Part shown: positions 28,747 through 38,576 of the stretch, piece after piece
Position numbering within the stretch: position 1 is the first letter of the stretch
Layout: each line of letters opens with the position of its first letter
Assembly: GCA_964568575.1 (NCBI GenBank)
Contig: CAZMRN010000001.1
Location: 3,964 to 67,963, forward strand
Source: an uncultured Caulobacteraceae bacterium
GTDB taxonomy: Bacteria; Pseudomonadota; Alphaproteobacteria; Caulobacterales; Aquidulcibacteraceae
Direction of reading: 5' to 3'
Length of the DNA stretch: 64,000 nucleotides
The notes under the pieces: generated by a model
Databases searched by the model: none
What the model saw: only the letters and a program-made list of their open reading frames with translations
What the model was told of the DNA's origin: nothing
Position numbers and translations under genes: made by a program

Positions 28747-29274
28747 ATGAGCGAGCAGTGGCGTTCGAGACCACAGCTTTACGCTCCGAGCGGGGCCCGC
28801 CTCGATCCGGTCGATCTTGAGCTGCTCCGCCGATTGCTGGAAGACGCGAATATCCAGAACCAGGCTCTGGCGCGCGCATTGGGGTTATCTGCGAGCGGAT
28901 GTCTGAAGCGTGTGCGCCGCCTCGAAAAGGGTGGCGCCATAAAGGGCTATGTCGCGCTCGCGGAAGAGACCATGTTTGCGCCCTGGTCCCTCCTCTGGGT
29001 CAATGTCAAGTTGCGTCGCCGTGCGCTCAGAAGACGCGATGACTTTGAAGCGGCGCTGCGCGCCGTTCCGGAGGTGATCGAGGCGCACAGCGTTGCAGGT
29101 CGTTTCGACTATCTCCTGAGGACGGCATTGCCGTCGTTGTCGGCGTGGGACGGATTGCGCGCGCGTCTCGACCCGGAGAACAGGTTCATCAAATCGGTGG
29201 ATGTGCTGCCGGGATTGCGCACCGCTAAGGAGAAGAGCCCGCACCCTTTGCTCTTCATGGGCGAAGGGGCCTGA
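28747..29274 (+). CDS. Lrp/AsnC-family transcriptional regulator
   Basis: The HTH is LDPVDLELLRRLLEDANIQNQALARALGLSASGCLKRVRRLEKGGAIKGY, followed by an AsnC-type ligand domain. Confidence 0.85.
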   Translation: MSEQWRSRPQLYAPSGARLDPVDLELLRRLLEDANIQNQALARALGLSASGCLKRVRRLEKGGAIKGYVALAEETMFAPWSLLWVNVKLRRRALRRRDDFEAALRAVPEVIEAHSVAGRFDYLLRTALPSLSAWDGLRARLDPENRFIKSVDVLPGLRTAKEKSPHPLLFMGEGA

Positions 29275-29613
29275 CGCGCACCAATGTCATTCGAGGCGCG
29301 TACCCGCACGGGTGGTCGTCGGGTGTGCTTCTCCAATTCACCGCATGCGCTAGTTTCGGCGTTCGCGCACCGTGCGTGCGCCGCTGCGCCGAGACGTCGC
29401 AGCTGGTGTGCGGGCTGCGTGTCGCGCGTCATTGAACGCATCGAATGCGCCGGCGGCGTTCGAATAGTGAATCCAATGCACAGATCGCTGCCAGTCTGAG
29501 CGCTTCCGACATGCACGCGATGCGCGCATCGAATTCACGTCGCCGCGCGCTCCGCGGAACCCTCGACGACAAGCGCGGGATAGGCCCGCGCTGTCGGTCG
29601 AGGTCATTCGCTC

Positions 29614-31617
29614 ATGCAGCGGGCGGGAACCGCATTGCTGGGTTCAGCGCTGATCGCGCTCACCGGGCTTTGGCTCGCCACGGTCTTCATTGCCGATGTG
29701 TTTTCCCATCAGCCTGCGCTCGGCGCGCCGCTGGTTATGCTCGGCGGGACGCCGATCTATGCGCCCTGGTCCATTTTTGCGTGGACGAACATGCATGCGG
29801 AGGCATTTCCGAGACCGTTCTCCGTAGCGCGTCTCATCGTATGTGCTGCATTCCTGTTTGCGCTTGTTCCGGTTGGTTTGGCCGCGCGCACCAAGCTCGG
29901 CGTCAAGCCGTTTGGCGCCCAGGCGTGGGGCGGGTCGAACGACGCAAAGGCCGCGGGACTCTTTGCAGAGACCGGCGCCGTGCTGGGTAAACTCGGGGGA
30001 GACATCCTTTGTTTCGATGGCCCCGAGCATCAGCTTCTCATCGGGGCCTCGCGGTCCGGTAAGGGCAGAGGCCAGGTCGTGCCGACGCTGCTGGCGTGGC
30101 CACATTCGGCGCTGGTGCTCGACGTTAAAGGCGAGCTCGCCGATGGCGATACACGCCACCGCTTTCTGGGCACGGCTGGATTTCGCGAGGGTCTGGGGCC
30201 GGTTCTGCGTCTCGCGCCGACGCATCTGGACTCGGCTTCGTTCAACCCGCTCTTTGAAGTGCGTAAAGGCCCTAACGAAGTCCGCGACGTTCAGAATATC
30301 GTCGAGATCCTCGTCGATCCGCAGGGCGATGGCCGCCATCAGGATTTCTGGGACCGTTCGGCCAAGACGATCCTCGTCGGTGTCATTTTGTATGTGCTCT
30401 ACGCCGAGCCGTCGGAGCGCAAGACGCTGGCCGTCGTGCGCGAGAAGCTGCGAGACCTCGACGCCACCGCGCAGCAGATGAAGTCGACCCTGCACAGACT
30501 GAATCCGGCGACCAATCAGCCGGAGGTCCATCCCGAGGTGCTACACGCCGCGGAATCCTTTCTCGCCGGCGAGGAGCGTCTGCAGAGCGGGGTGAAGGCG
30601 ACGGCGGAAAGCTTCTTCGGTCTGTTCGCCGATGAGATTGTCGCGCGTAACACGGCGACATCCGACTTTCGCATCGGCGATCTGATGTGTGGGCCTAAGC
30701 CGGTCACGCTTTATTTACAGCCGCCGCCGTCGGACGCGCTGCGGCTCATGCCTTTCCTGCGTCTTGTCATCAATCAGTTCGCCCGCGCGCTGATGGAGCA
30801 CCAGGAAAAGGACGCTCAAGGACGCCCAAAGCGTCACCGGCTCATTCTGGTGCTCGATGAATTTCCGATGCTCGGCCGCATGCCGTTCTTCGAGACCATG
30901 ATGGGCGCGATGGCGGGCTATGGATTGAAGGCGTTCCTCGTCACCCAGAGTCTCAACCATCTCACCAAGGCCTATGGCCGCGAGAATGTCATTCTCGACA
31001 ACGTGCATGTCGTCACCGCGTTTTCGGCCGCCGACAATGACACCGCCAAGCGCATCGCCGAGATGGCAGGCGAAGTGTGGGAATTGCGGGAAAGCGAAAC
31101 GCACACGCGCCCAAGATCGCTCCTCGGCTGGCGCAAGGGCTCGACCACCATACGCGAGGAGCGCCGTCCGCTTCTTCTGCCCGCCGATGTCCGCGCCATG
31201 CCGCGCGATGAAGAGCTCATTTTCGTTTCCGGCGCCAAGCCGATCCGCGCCAAGAAGATCAAGTTCGATCAGGAGCCTGTCTTTGTTGACCGGCTTCGTC
31301 CGGCCTCGGGCGCCCGTCCAACGCTCACATCGGGGCACGATTGGGAGCATGTGCGCGCGCTTGGAACCATTCCGCAGGTCGTGAAGCAGCCGAAGGGCAA
31401 GCCCGTCATGTCGCGTCCGCTCGCGGACCAGCCTGACCTCTTCGCGCAGGCGGCGACGCGTCCGACCAAAATCTCCGATGCAGCGATGGCGGGCTTTCGC
31501 GACGTGGACGGCGCGCCATTGCCGCATCCGGCGAGCGGCGCGCCAGCGGCGGCGCCCGAAGCGATTGCTCCGGCGCCTACTGAGGCGCCGCGACGGCGCC
31601 GGGCTAAGGGGATCTGA
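29614..31617 (+). CDS. traG: type IV coupling protein TraG/VirD4
   Basis: 667 aa with N-terminal TM helices. Walker A is LIGASRSGKGRGQVVP, and the Walker B-like region is LVLDEFPMLG. It directly precedes the trb operon. Confidence 0.93.
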   Translation: MQRAGTALLGSALIALTGLWLATVFIADVFSHQPALGAPLVMLGGTPIYAPWSIFAWTNMHAEAFPRPFSVARLIVCAAFLFALVPVGLAARTKLGVKPFGAQAWGGSNDAKAAGLFAETGAVLGKLGGDILCFDGPEHQLLIGASRSGKGRGQVVPTLLAWPHSALVLDVKGELADGDTRHRFLGTAGFREGLGPVLRLAPTHLDSASFNPLFEVRKGPNEVRDVQNIVEILVDPQGDGRHQDFWDRSAKTILVGVILYVLYAEPSERKTLAVVREKLRDLDATAQQMKSTLHRLNPATNQPEVHPEVLHAAESFLAGEERLQSGVKATAESFFGLFADEIVARNTATSDFRIGDLMCGPKPVTLYLQPPPSDALRLMPFLRLVINQFARALMEHQEKDAQGRPKRHRLILVLDEFPMLGRMPFFETMMGAMAGYGLKAFLVTQSLNHLTKAYGRENVILDNVHVVTAFSAADNDTAKRIAEMAGEVWELRESETHTRPRSLLGWRKGSTTIREERRPLLLPADVRAMPRDEELIFVSGAKPIRAKKIKFDQEPVFVDRLRPASGARPTLTSGHDWEHVRALGTIPQVVKQPKGKPVMSRPLADQPDLFAQAATRPTKISDAAMAGFRDVDGAPLPHPASGAPAAAPEAIAPAPTEAPRRRRAKGI

Positions 31618-31620
31618 GCG

Positions 31621-32073
31621 ATGGCCGCGCGCAAGCTCACCGTCTATCTGCCGCCCACTCTTGACGCAAAAGTGCGCAAGGCCGCGCGCGACCAGCATCG
31701 TTCGGAATCGAGCATCGTGCTGGAGGCGCTCAAAGCCAGGCTCGAACGTGGCGACGTCACCAACGCCGTCATCGAAGAAAGCGCGCGCCGACAAATTTCT
31801 CGCGTCGATGCGCGGCTCGAAAAAGTGATTGGCGAAAGTCTCATCCTCAAAGAGATCGTGTTGCTCTTTGTGCGGGTCTGGCTGGAGCACAATCCGCCGA
31901 TCGACGAACACCTCGAAGAAGATGCAGCCGCCAGCGCCGAGGCGCGATTCGAGCGCTTCCTCGATTTCGTGGCGCAGGCGCTGACGCCCGGCAAATCTTT
32001 GGGCGCGGTGTTCTCGCTGGAATCCGCGGAGGCGGTCGCGGCGCTGGATCAGACCGGGGAGGCGAGGGCGTGA
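31621..32073 (+). CDS. CopG/ribbon-helix-helix DNA-binding protein
   Basis: RKLTVYLPPTLDAKVRKAARDQHRSESSIVLEALKARL is an RHH motif. It holds the conserved position between traG and trbB and overlaps the trbB start. Confidence 0.75.
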   Translation: MAARKLTVYLPPTLDAKVRKAARDQHRSESSIVLEALKARLERGDVTNAVIEESARRQISRVDARLEKVIGESLILKEIVLLFVRVWLEHNPPIDEHLEEDAAASAEARFERFLDFVAQALTPGKSLGAVFSLESAEAVAALDQTGEARA

Positions 32074-33011
32074 GCGCCGGCGCTATTCCGCTTGTCACCG
32101 CGCGTCGACGTTCGGCGCTTGCGCGCGCGCTCGGGCCCGCGATCGCCGAGGCGCTCGACGCGCCGGATGTGGTGGAAGCGCTCATCAATGCGGACGGACG
32201 CTTGTGGCTTGATCGCGTCGGCGAAGGTCTCGTCGCCACCCCTCACATGCTCTCGCCGCAGGACCGTGAAGCGGCGATCCGTCTTCTCGCGCATGAAGCG
32301 GGCGAGATCGTCGGCGAAGCGCATCCCTCCTTACAGACAATCCTCCCGGACAGCGCCGCGCGGGTGCAGGCCTTGCTGCCGCCGCTCGTGGAGGCGCCCG
32401 TCCTGGCGATCCGCAAACGGCCGAGCGCCGTCTATACGCTCGCCGATTATGTCGCGGGCGGCATCGCAACGCTTGCCCAGGCCGAAAAGCTCGCCGCTGC
32501 GGTCGCCGCCAAGCGCAACATCATCGTCGCGGGCGGCACTGGATCGGGCAAGACGACGCTCCTGAACGCACTTTTGGCGGAAGCGCCGTTTCTGCATGCG
32601 CGGGTCGTCATCCTCGAAGACACCGCGGAACTCCAATGTGGAAGCCCAAACGCGGTTCAGCTTCTAACCAAGCGCACCGATCCGCCTATCGCCATGCGCG
32701 ATCTGGTGCAGATGACATTGCGCCTCCGCCCCGATCGCATTGTCGTCGGCGAAGTGCGCGACGGCGCAGCGCTTGAAGTGCTCAAGGCGTGGAACACAGG
32801 CCATCCGGGCGGGCTCCTGACGCTACACGCCAATTCCGCGGCCGATGCGCTGATGCGCCTTGAAGACCTCTGCATGGAGGCGCGCGCGACGCCGCCCAAG
32901 CGTCTCATCACCAGCGCGGTCGACATCATCGTCTTCATTGCCCGCCGGGAAGGCGGGCGCGTCATCACAGAAATTCTGGAAACGGACGAGGTCCGGGGAG
33001 AGGGAGCATGA
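32070..33011 (+). CDS. trbB: P-type conjugative transfer ATPase TrbB (VirB11 family)
   Basis: Walker A is GGTGSGKTTLLNALL. ILEDTAELQ and GHPGGLLTLHANSA motifs are present. Confidence 0.93.
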   Translation: MSAGAIPLVTARRRSALARALGPAIAEALDAPDVVEALINADGRLWLDRVGEGLVATPHMLSPQDREAAIRLLAHEAGEIVGEAHPSLQTILPDSAARVQALLPPLVEAPVLAIRKRPSAVYTLADYVAGGIATLAQAEKLAAAVAAKRNIIVAGGTGSGKTTLLNALLAEAPFLHARVVILEDTAELQCGSPNAVQLLTKRTDPPIAMRDLVQMTLRLRPDRIVVGEVRDGAALEVLKAWNTGHPGGLLTLHANSAADALMRLEDLCMEARATPPKRLITSAVDIIVFIARREGGRVITEILETDEVRGEGA

Positions 33012-33322
33012 AGTCACATCGTGTCTTGCGCATTGCAGCGTTTGGACTGGCGCTGCTGGCGTGCGCCGCGCCAGCTTACGCCGCTGGATCGGGCATGCCG
33101 TGGGAGGGGCCGCTCGAACAGATTGTCGATTCCATCACCGGCCCGGTGGCGCGCGCCGCAGCGGTCATCGCCATCGTCATCGCGGGCGTCACCATCATCT
33201 TCTCCGAAGGCGGCGGCGGGGTGCGCAAGCTCGCCTTCGTGGGGCTGGGCATCGCCATCATGTTCGCGGCCGTGTCGTTCTTCCTCGACTTCTTCGGCTT
33301 CGCCGGCGGCGCGGTGATTTAG
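33008..33322 (+). CDS. trbC: conjugal pilin precursor TrbC (VirB2 family)
   Basis: 104 aa with a signal peptide and two hydrophobic helices. It holds the syntenic position and overlaps the trbB stop. Confidence 0.85.
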   Translation: MKSHRVLRIAAFGLALLACAAPAYAAGSGMPWEGPLEQIVDSITGPVARAAAVIAIVIAGVTIIFSEGGGGVRKLAFVGLGIAIMFAAVSFFLDFFGFAGGAVI

Positions 33323-33325
33323 CCC

Positions 33326-33601
33326 ATGTCGCACGCCGCCGACATCGAGCCCGAAGGCTATCGCATTCCACTGCGAACCTCGCTCACGCGCCCGATCCTG
33401 ATGGGCGGCGTGCCGCGCAATTTCGCCATCCTCAACGCCACAATCGGTGCGGCGATCGGCTTTGGATTGCAGCAACCCTTCATCGCCTTTCCTCTGTGGG
33501 CCGTCCTGCAAGGCGCCGCCGCCTGGGCTGCAGCACGCGATCCGTGGTTTCTCGACACCTGGCCGCGCCACATGGCCAAGCCCCACTATTTCGGATCGTG
33601 A
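33326..33601 (+). CDS. trbD: TrbD (VirB3 family)
   Basis: 91 aa. The sequence LTRPILMGGVPRNFAILN is typical of VirB3/TrbD. Syntenic position. Confidence 0.85.
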   Translation: MSHAADIEPEGYRIPLRTSLTRPILMGGVPRNFAILNATIGAAIGFGLQQPFIAFPLWAVLQGAAAWAAARDPWFLDTWPRHMAKPHYFGS

Positions 33602-33611
33602 GGGCGCCGCG

Positions 33612-36104
33612 ATGATGGATTTGCGCCCCTACAAGAAGTCCGGAACGCAACTCAGCGATTTTCTCCCTTGGGCGGCGTTGATCGCGCCCGGCGTGGTTCT
33701 CAACAAGGACGGCGCGTTCCAGCGCACGATGGCGTTTCGCGGTCCCGATCTCGATTCCTCAACGCCTTCGGAGCTGATCGGCGCATCGGCGCGGCTCAAC
33801 AATGCGTTCCGCCGCTTGGGATCGGGCTGGTGCCTTCACGTTGAAGCGCGCCGCGCGCCAGCGCCGGGCTATCCCGATTCAATCTGGCCGGATGCATTAT
33901 CCTGGCTCATCGATGAAGAGCGCCGCGCCGTGTTCGAGGCTGCCGGGGCGCGTTTCGAGAGCGGTTATTTCTTCACCCTGACCTGGCTGCCGCCGGCCGA
34001 GCGTCAGACCCGGCTTGAGAGTTTCCTGTTCGAGGGCGTCCAGGATGGCGCCAGCGGGTCGGCATCGCCCGTCGATTATCGCCAGCACCTCGACCGCTTC
34101 ACCATCGAGACCGATCAGATCCTCGCACTGATGGAGACGCTCGCGCCTGAGGCGCGCTGGCTCGGTGACGAGGAGACGCTGACCTATCTGCATGATTGCG
34201 TTTCCGATCGTCCCCATCGCGTGGCCAAACCCGACACGCCCTTTCATCTCGATGCACTTTTGACCGACGCGCCGCTCGTCGGCGGTCTTGCGCCCCGCCT
34301 TGGGCGCCAACATCTGCGCGTCATCTCGGTGCGGAGCTTCGTGACGGAAACGGAGCCGGGCTTCCTTGACGCGCTCAATCGATTGCCGATTTCCTATCGC
34401 TGGGTAAGCCGCTTCATTCCGCTCGACCGGGAGGAGGCGCGCCGCGAACTGGAGAAGACCCGCAAACGCTGGTTCTCCAAGCGCAAGGGTCTTCTGACAT
34501 TATTACGCGAAGCGCTCTTCCGCGAAGAAGCGCTGCTCGTCGACAATGACGCCGCCAACCAGGCCGCAGACGCCGACACCGCGTTGCAGGAGCTCGGCGC
34601 CGACGCCGTGAGCGCGGGATTTGCCACGCTCACGATCACCGTCGCCGACGCCAGCGAAGATATGGCCGACGATGCGGTGCGCCAGATCCAGCAGATCGCC
34701 GATGGGTTGGGCTTCGTCACACAGGTTGAATCCGTCAACGCCGTCGAAGCCTGGCTCGGCTCCTTGCCTGGACAGGCTTATGCCGATGCGCGCCGGCCAA
34801 TCCTGTTGTCGCCCAGCCTTGCGCATTTGCTTCCGCTCAGCGCCGTATGGGCTGGTCCGCATCGCAATGCGCATCTGAACGGTCCGCCGCTCATGCTCAC
34901 CGCGACGGACGGCGCAACGCCGTTCCGGCTCGACCTGCATGTCGGCGATGTCGGTCACACCATGATCGTGGGACCGACCGGCGCGGGCAAATCGGTGCTG
35001 CTGGCGACGCTCGCGGCGCAATGGCTGCGCTATGGCTCGTGTCATCCAGCCGGCGCGCAAGTCTATCTGTTCGACAAGGGACGTTCGTGTCGCGCGACCA
35101 TTCTCGGCCTCGGCGGCGACTTCTTCGATCTCGGCGATGCCGATGCGCTGGGGTTGCAGCCGCTTGAGCATGTGCATGAGCCAGATGAGCGCGCCTGGGC
35201 GCAGGAATGGCTCGTTGGTCTCATCGCATCGGCGAACGTGACCGTGACACCGGAAGTGCGCACTGAGGTGTGGCGCGTTCTGGAATTGCTTGCTGAACGT
35301 CCGATCGAGGACCGGACGCTGACTTTGTTTGTCGCCTTGATGCAGAGCCAGGAAGTCCGTGCCGCGCTTCATCCCTTCACCCAGGCTGGCGCGCACGGCC
35401 GTCTCATCGATCATGATCGATCGACCTTGGGCTATGGGGCGGTCCAGGCGTTCGAGATGGACGACGTGTTGCGACGGCCTGAAGCGGCGGGCGCCGTTCT
35501 CGGCGCACTTTTCCATACGTTGGAGAAGCGCTTCGATGGGCGCCCGACCATGCTCGTACTCGATGAGGCCTGGCTCTTCCTCAAGGATGCATTCTTCGCC
35601 GCGCAGATTCAGGATTGGCTGAAGACGCTCCGCAAACGCAGCGTCGCCGTGGTGTTCGCGAGCCAGGAATTGGCCGATGTCGAGCACTCGTCGATCGCCT
35701 CTACGATCATCGAAGCATGCCCGACGCGCATCTATCTGCCGAACGACCGGGCGCGCGAGCCGCATTCGCGGGCCTTCTACGCGGCGCTGGGCTTGAACGG
35801 GCGCCAGATCGATCTCATCGCGTCCGCGACCCCGAAGCGCGATTATTACCTCGTCAGCCGCGACGGCTGCCGCCTGTTTGAATTGGGCCTCGGACCGGCC
35901 GCACTTGCATTCGTCGGCGCGTCCCGTCCCGAAGATCACACGCTGATGGATCGCGTGCTGGCCGAGCACGGCCCGAACGGCTTCGCCGAAGCGTGGCTCG
36001 CCCTGCGCGGACAGCGCGAAGCGGCCGACGCCGTGCGGCGTTTCAGGGCGCGTTCGTCGCCGCGAATACCAGATGAACCCAAGGTCACGATCGCTGCGGA
36101 ATAG
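33612..36104 (+). CDS. trbE: conjugal transfer ATPase TrbE (VirB4 family)
   Basis: Start MMDLRPYKK.. at 33612; the track start at 33447 overlaps trbD. Walker A is IVGPTGAGKSVLL and Walker B is MLVLDEAW. Confidence 0.95.
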   Translation: MMDLRPYKKSGTQLSDFLPWAALIAPGVVLNKDGAFQRTMAFRGPDLDSSTPSELIGASARLNNAFRRLGSGWCLHVEARRAPAPGYPDSIWPDALSWLIDEERRAVFEAAGARFESGYFFTLTWLPPAERQTRLESFLFEGVQDGASGSASPVDYRQHLDRFTIETDQILALMETLAPEARWLGDEETLTYLHDCVSDRPHRVAKPDTPFHLDALLTDAPLVGGLAPRLGRQHLRVISVRSFVTETEPGFLDALNRLPISYRWVSRFIPLDREEARRELEKTRKRWFSKRKGLLTLLREALFREEALLVDNDAANQAADADTALQELGADAVSAGFATLTITVADASEDMADDAVRQIQQIADGLGFVTQVESVNAVEAWLGSLPGQAYADARRPILLSPSLAHLLPLSAVWAGPHRNAHLNGPPLMLTATDGATPFRLDLHVGDVGHTMIVGPTGAGKSVLLATLAAQWLRYGSCHPAGAQVYLFDKGRSCRATILGLGGDFFDLGDADALGLQPLEHVHEPDERAWAQEWLVGLIASANVTVTPEVRTEVWRVLELLAERPIEDRTLTLFVALMQSQEVRAALHPFTQAGAHGRLIDHDRSTLGYGAVQAFEMDDVLRRPEAAGAVLGALFHTLEKRFDGRPTMLVLDEAWLFLKDAFFAAQIQDWLKTLRKRSVAVVFASQELADVEHSSIASTIIEACPTRIYLPNDRAREPHSRAFYAALGLNGRQIDLIASATPKRDYYLVSRDGCRLFELGLGPAALAFVGASRPEDHTLMDRVLAEHGPNGFAEAWLALRGQREAADAVRRFRARSSPRIPDEPKVTIAAE

Positions 36105-36113
36105 GAGGCGCGT

Positions 36114-36833
36114 ATGAAATGGAGAGCGAGAACAGGAATGGCCGCTTTGGCGCTTTGCCTGATGCTTGGCGTGCAGCCGACGCCGCCTGCATCGGCGCAA
36201 ATCCCGGTCATCGATCCCGCCAATCTTGCACAATCGATCACGCAGGTGACGCACATGGTGCAGCAATTGCGCAATCAGGTTCAGCAGATTGAGCAAGCGA
36301 CCGCCATGCTCCGACAGAATCCGCTGCAATTGTCGCCGGAGCTCTCGCAATCAATCGGCGAAGCACGCGCGCTCTTCCAAAGCGTGCAGGGCGTCGCGTT
36401 TGAGGCCCGCCAGCTTGGCGAGGATTTGCGCACCCTCTATCCGCAGACCTGGGAGGAGTTCGACCTTGATGAGGTGCTAGGTCAGTCGGACCAGTGGATG
36501 GCGGAGAGCCGCCGCAGCCTTGAACGCGCCATGGCGGCCGAAGCGCGCGCCGCGGCTTCGATCGAACGCTCGCAAGGCGCCATCAACCGCGCACTGCAAT
36601 CGTCCAGCGCGTCGGAAGGTCAGACCGGCGCCATCCAGGCCGGCAATCAGCTTCTGGGCATCCAGGCCTCGCAGCTTGCGGAGATTCACGCGCTGCTGAT
36701 TGCGCAGGGCCGCGCGCTAGAAACCGAACGCATGGAGCGGCTCGCGCGCGAGGAGCGCGCGGGCGAGATTCGGCGTCGCGCGTTCCCCACCGAGACCTCG
36801 GGGACTCTAACGCCCGCGCGCACGGCGTTCTGA
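36114..36833 (+). CDS. trbJ: TrbJ (VirB5-like, P-type)
   Basis: Signal peptide followed by the QIPVIDPANLAQSITQ motif typical of TrbJ. Coiled-coil rich. Confidence 0.85.
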   Translation: MKWRARTGMAALALCLMLGVQPTPPASAQIPVIDPANLAQSITQVTHMVQQLRNQVQQIEQATAMLRQNPLQLSPELSQSIGEARALFQSVQGVAFEARQLGEDLRTLYPQTWEEFDLDEVLGQSDQWMAESRRSLERAMAAEARAAASIERSQGAINRALQSSSASEGQTGAIQAGNQLLGIQASQLAEIHALLIAQGRALETERMERLAREERAGEIRRRAFPTETSGTLTPARTAF

Positions 36834-36849
36834 GGGAGGGCGGCGCGCG

Positions 36850-37896
36850 ATGGATCCGTCATCGGTCAATTCCTTCCTCGATCAGTTTCTCGCCGTCGCC
36901 AATTCCGGTTTCGGTCTGATCCAGGGCGACGTGACCTATGTCCTGAATGCGCTGATCGTCATTTCGATCGTGCTGGCCGGCGCGCAATGGGCGTTAGCGC
37001 AGGAGGCGCCGCTCGCGCCGTTCTTTCGTAAGGTGTTGTTCGTCTCGTTCTTCGCCTTCCTCATCAACAATTGGAACTTCCTCGCCACCGCCATCAATCA
37101 GTCCGGCGCGATGCTTGGCCTGCGCGCTGGCGGCGCGGGGCTCACCATGGCGGAGCTGCACAATCCCGGCCGCGTCGGTCAGATCGGCGTCGAGCTTTTC
37201 GGCCGCACCGCAGCGCTCGCCGAGGGCATGAACATCATCACCGATTTCTTCGCAATGATGACGATCTTCCTCGCCGCGTTCTTTGTCATGATCGGGTTCT
37301 TCGTGTTGGCGCTGCAGCTCTTCGTGGTGCTGATCGCGTTCAAGCTTGGCTCTCTGGTTGCGTTCGTGGCTTTGCCGTGGGGCGTGTTCAACGGGACGGC
37401 CTGGGTGGCGGAACGGCCGCTTGGCTGGGTGGTCGGTTCGGCCATGCGTCTCTTTGTTCTTGCCTTCGTCGCGTCCGTCTCGATCACTTTCGTAAACACA
37501 TTGCCCGCCGCGTTTACGCTCGACGCCGGCGGCGTGCTCAATGTGCTTTTGTTTGGCGCAACGGTTCTGGCGCTTGCCTGGTTCGCACCGATCCTCGCGA
37601 GTGAAGTCGTGCAGGGTCAGCCGCATCTGGCAGGTCCGGCAATCGCCGGCGGCGCCGCAGTCACGACCGTGCTCGGCTACGCGGGTGGGCGCGCGGTCAT
37701 TTCTGGCGCGACAAGTCTCGCAAGCGCGGGCGCACGCATGATCGGTGGAAAATCCGGCGGCCGGCGCTTTTCGGGCGGCGGTGGCGCCCGTGGCGGCGCT
37801 CAAGGCGCCGCGCGTCCCGCCATCGACTATGCCGGCATGAAGCCGCCGCCACCGCCGCCGCCCGCAACGCCGCCATCTGGAGGGAGCAAGACATGA
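36850..37896 (+). CDS. trbL: TrbL (VirB6 family) integral membrane protein
   Basis: 348 aa, multi-TM, with a Gly/Pro-rich C-terminal tail (PPPPPPPATPP). Syntenic position. Confidence 0.88.
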   Translation: MDPSSVNSFLDQFLAVANSGFGLIQGDVTYVLNALIVISIVLAGAQWALAQEAPLAPFFRKVLFVSFFAFLINNWNFLATAINQSGAMLGLRAGGAGLTMAELHNPGRVGQIGVELFGRTAALAEGMNIITDFFAMMTIFLAAFFVMIGFFVLALQLFVVLIAFKLGSLVAFVALPWGVFNGTAWVAERPLGWVVGSAMRLFVLAFVASVSITFVNTLPAAFTLDAGGVLNVLLFGATVLALAWFAPILASEVVQGQPHLAGPAIAGGAAVTTVLGYAGGRAVISGATSLASAGARMIGGKSGGRRFSGGGGARGGAQGAARPAIDYAGMKPPPPPPPATPPSGGSKT

Positions 37897-38576
37897 GGAC
37901 GCCGTTCACGGCGCCGGCGCAATCTTTCGCTGGCGACGAACCCGACACGCCCTATCGGCGCGCACGGCAGGAATGGGACCGGCGCATGGGCGCGGCGGTC
38001 ATTTCGGCGCGCGCCTGGCGCATGATGGCGATGGCGGGATTGGCGCTTTCAGCAGGACTAGCGCTCGCACTCACGATTGTCGCGCTGCAGAGCCGCACCT
38101 TCGTTCACGTTGTCGAGGTCTCGCCCGAAGGTCAGGTTCTGAATGTGCGCGCTGCGAGCGGGGAATGGCGCGCGACCGATGCGCAGACAGCTTATCACCT
38201 GGGCCGGTTCGTGCGTCTCGTGCGCGCGCTGCCGACCGATGGCGTGGTGCTGCGCGAGAACTGGCTGGAGGCGTACAAATTCCTGACGCCCCCGGCAGCG
38301 GCGCAATTGACCGAGATCGCGCGCGCCGACGATCCCTTTCTCAGCCTGGGGCGCGTTGGGCGCACCGTGCATATCCGCTCCATTATTCAGCGTTCGGATC
38401 GTTCCTGGGAAGTCTCGTGGATCGAGCGCGAGACCAATGCGACCGGCTCGCCCGATGGGGAGGCCTATAGCGGGGTCTTCACGGTGACCACGCGCCGCCC
38501 ACGCACCGCTGACGAGATCGCCTCCAATCCGCTTGGACTTCTGATCTCGGAATTCAGTTGGAGCCGGGTGCGATGA
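37893..38576 (+). CDS. trbF: TrbF (VirB8 family)
   Basis: 227 aa with a single TM and an NTF2-like periplasmic domain. Start and stop overlap the neighbouring genes. Confidence 0.88.
   Translation: MRTPFTAPAQSFAGDEPDTPYRRARQEWDRRMGAAVISARAWRMMAMAGLALSAGLALALTIVALQSRTFVHVVEVSPEGQVLNVRAASGEWRATDAQTAYHLGRFVRLVRALPTDGVVLRENWLEAYKFLTPPAAAQLTEIARADDPFLSLGRVGRTVHIRSIIQRSDRSWEVSWIERETNATGSPDGEAYSGVFTVTTRRPRTADEIASNPLGLLISEFSWSRVR

Noticed and set aside
33447-33611. Upstream start for trbE given in the ORF track. There are similar over-long track starts for mmpA (7246), lmuB (42985), the ECF sigma (56556), DoxX (57037), GntR (22272) and the 17498 gene (19021).
   Set aside because: The extensions overlap well-supported neighbouring genes or operator regions and lack family similarity. 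The internal starts give typical N-termini and often ATGA or RBS coupling.
37835-37880. GCC/CCG-rich run near the trbL 3' end that looks like a simple-sequence repeat.
   Set aside because: It encodes the Pro-rich C-terminal tail of TrbL (PPPPPPPATPP), a normal feature of VirB6/TrbL proteins.
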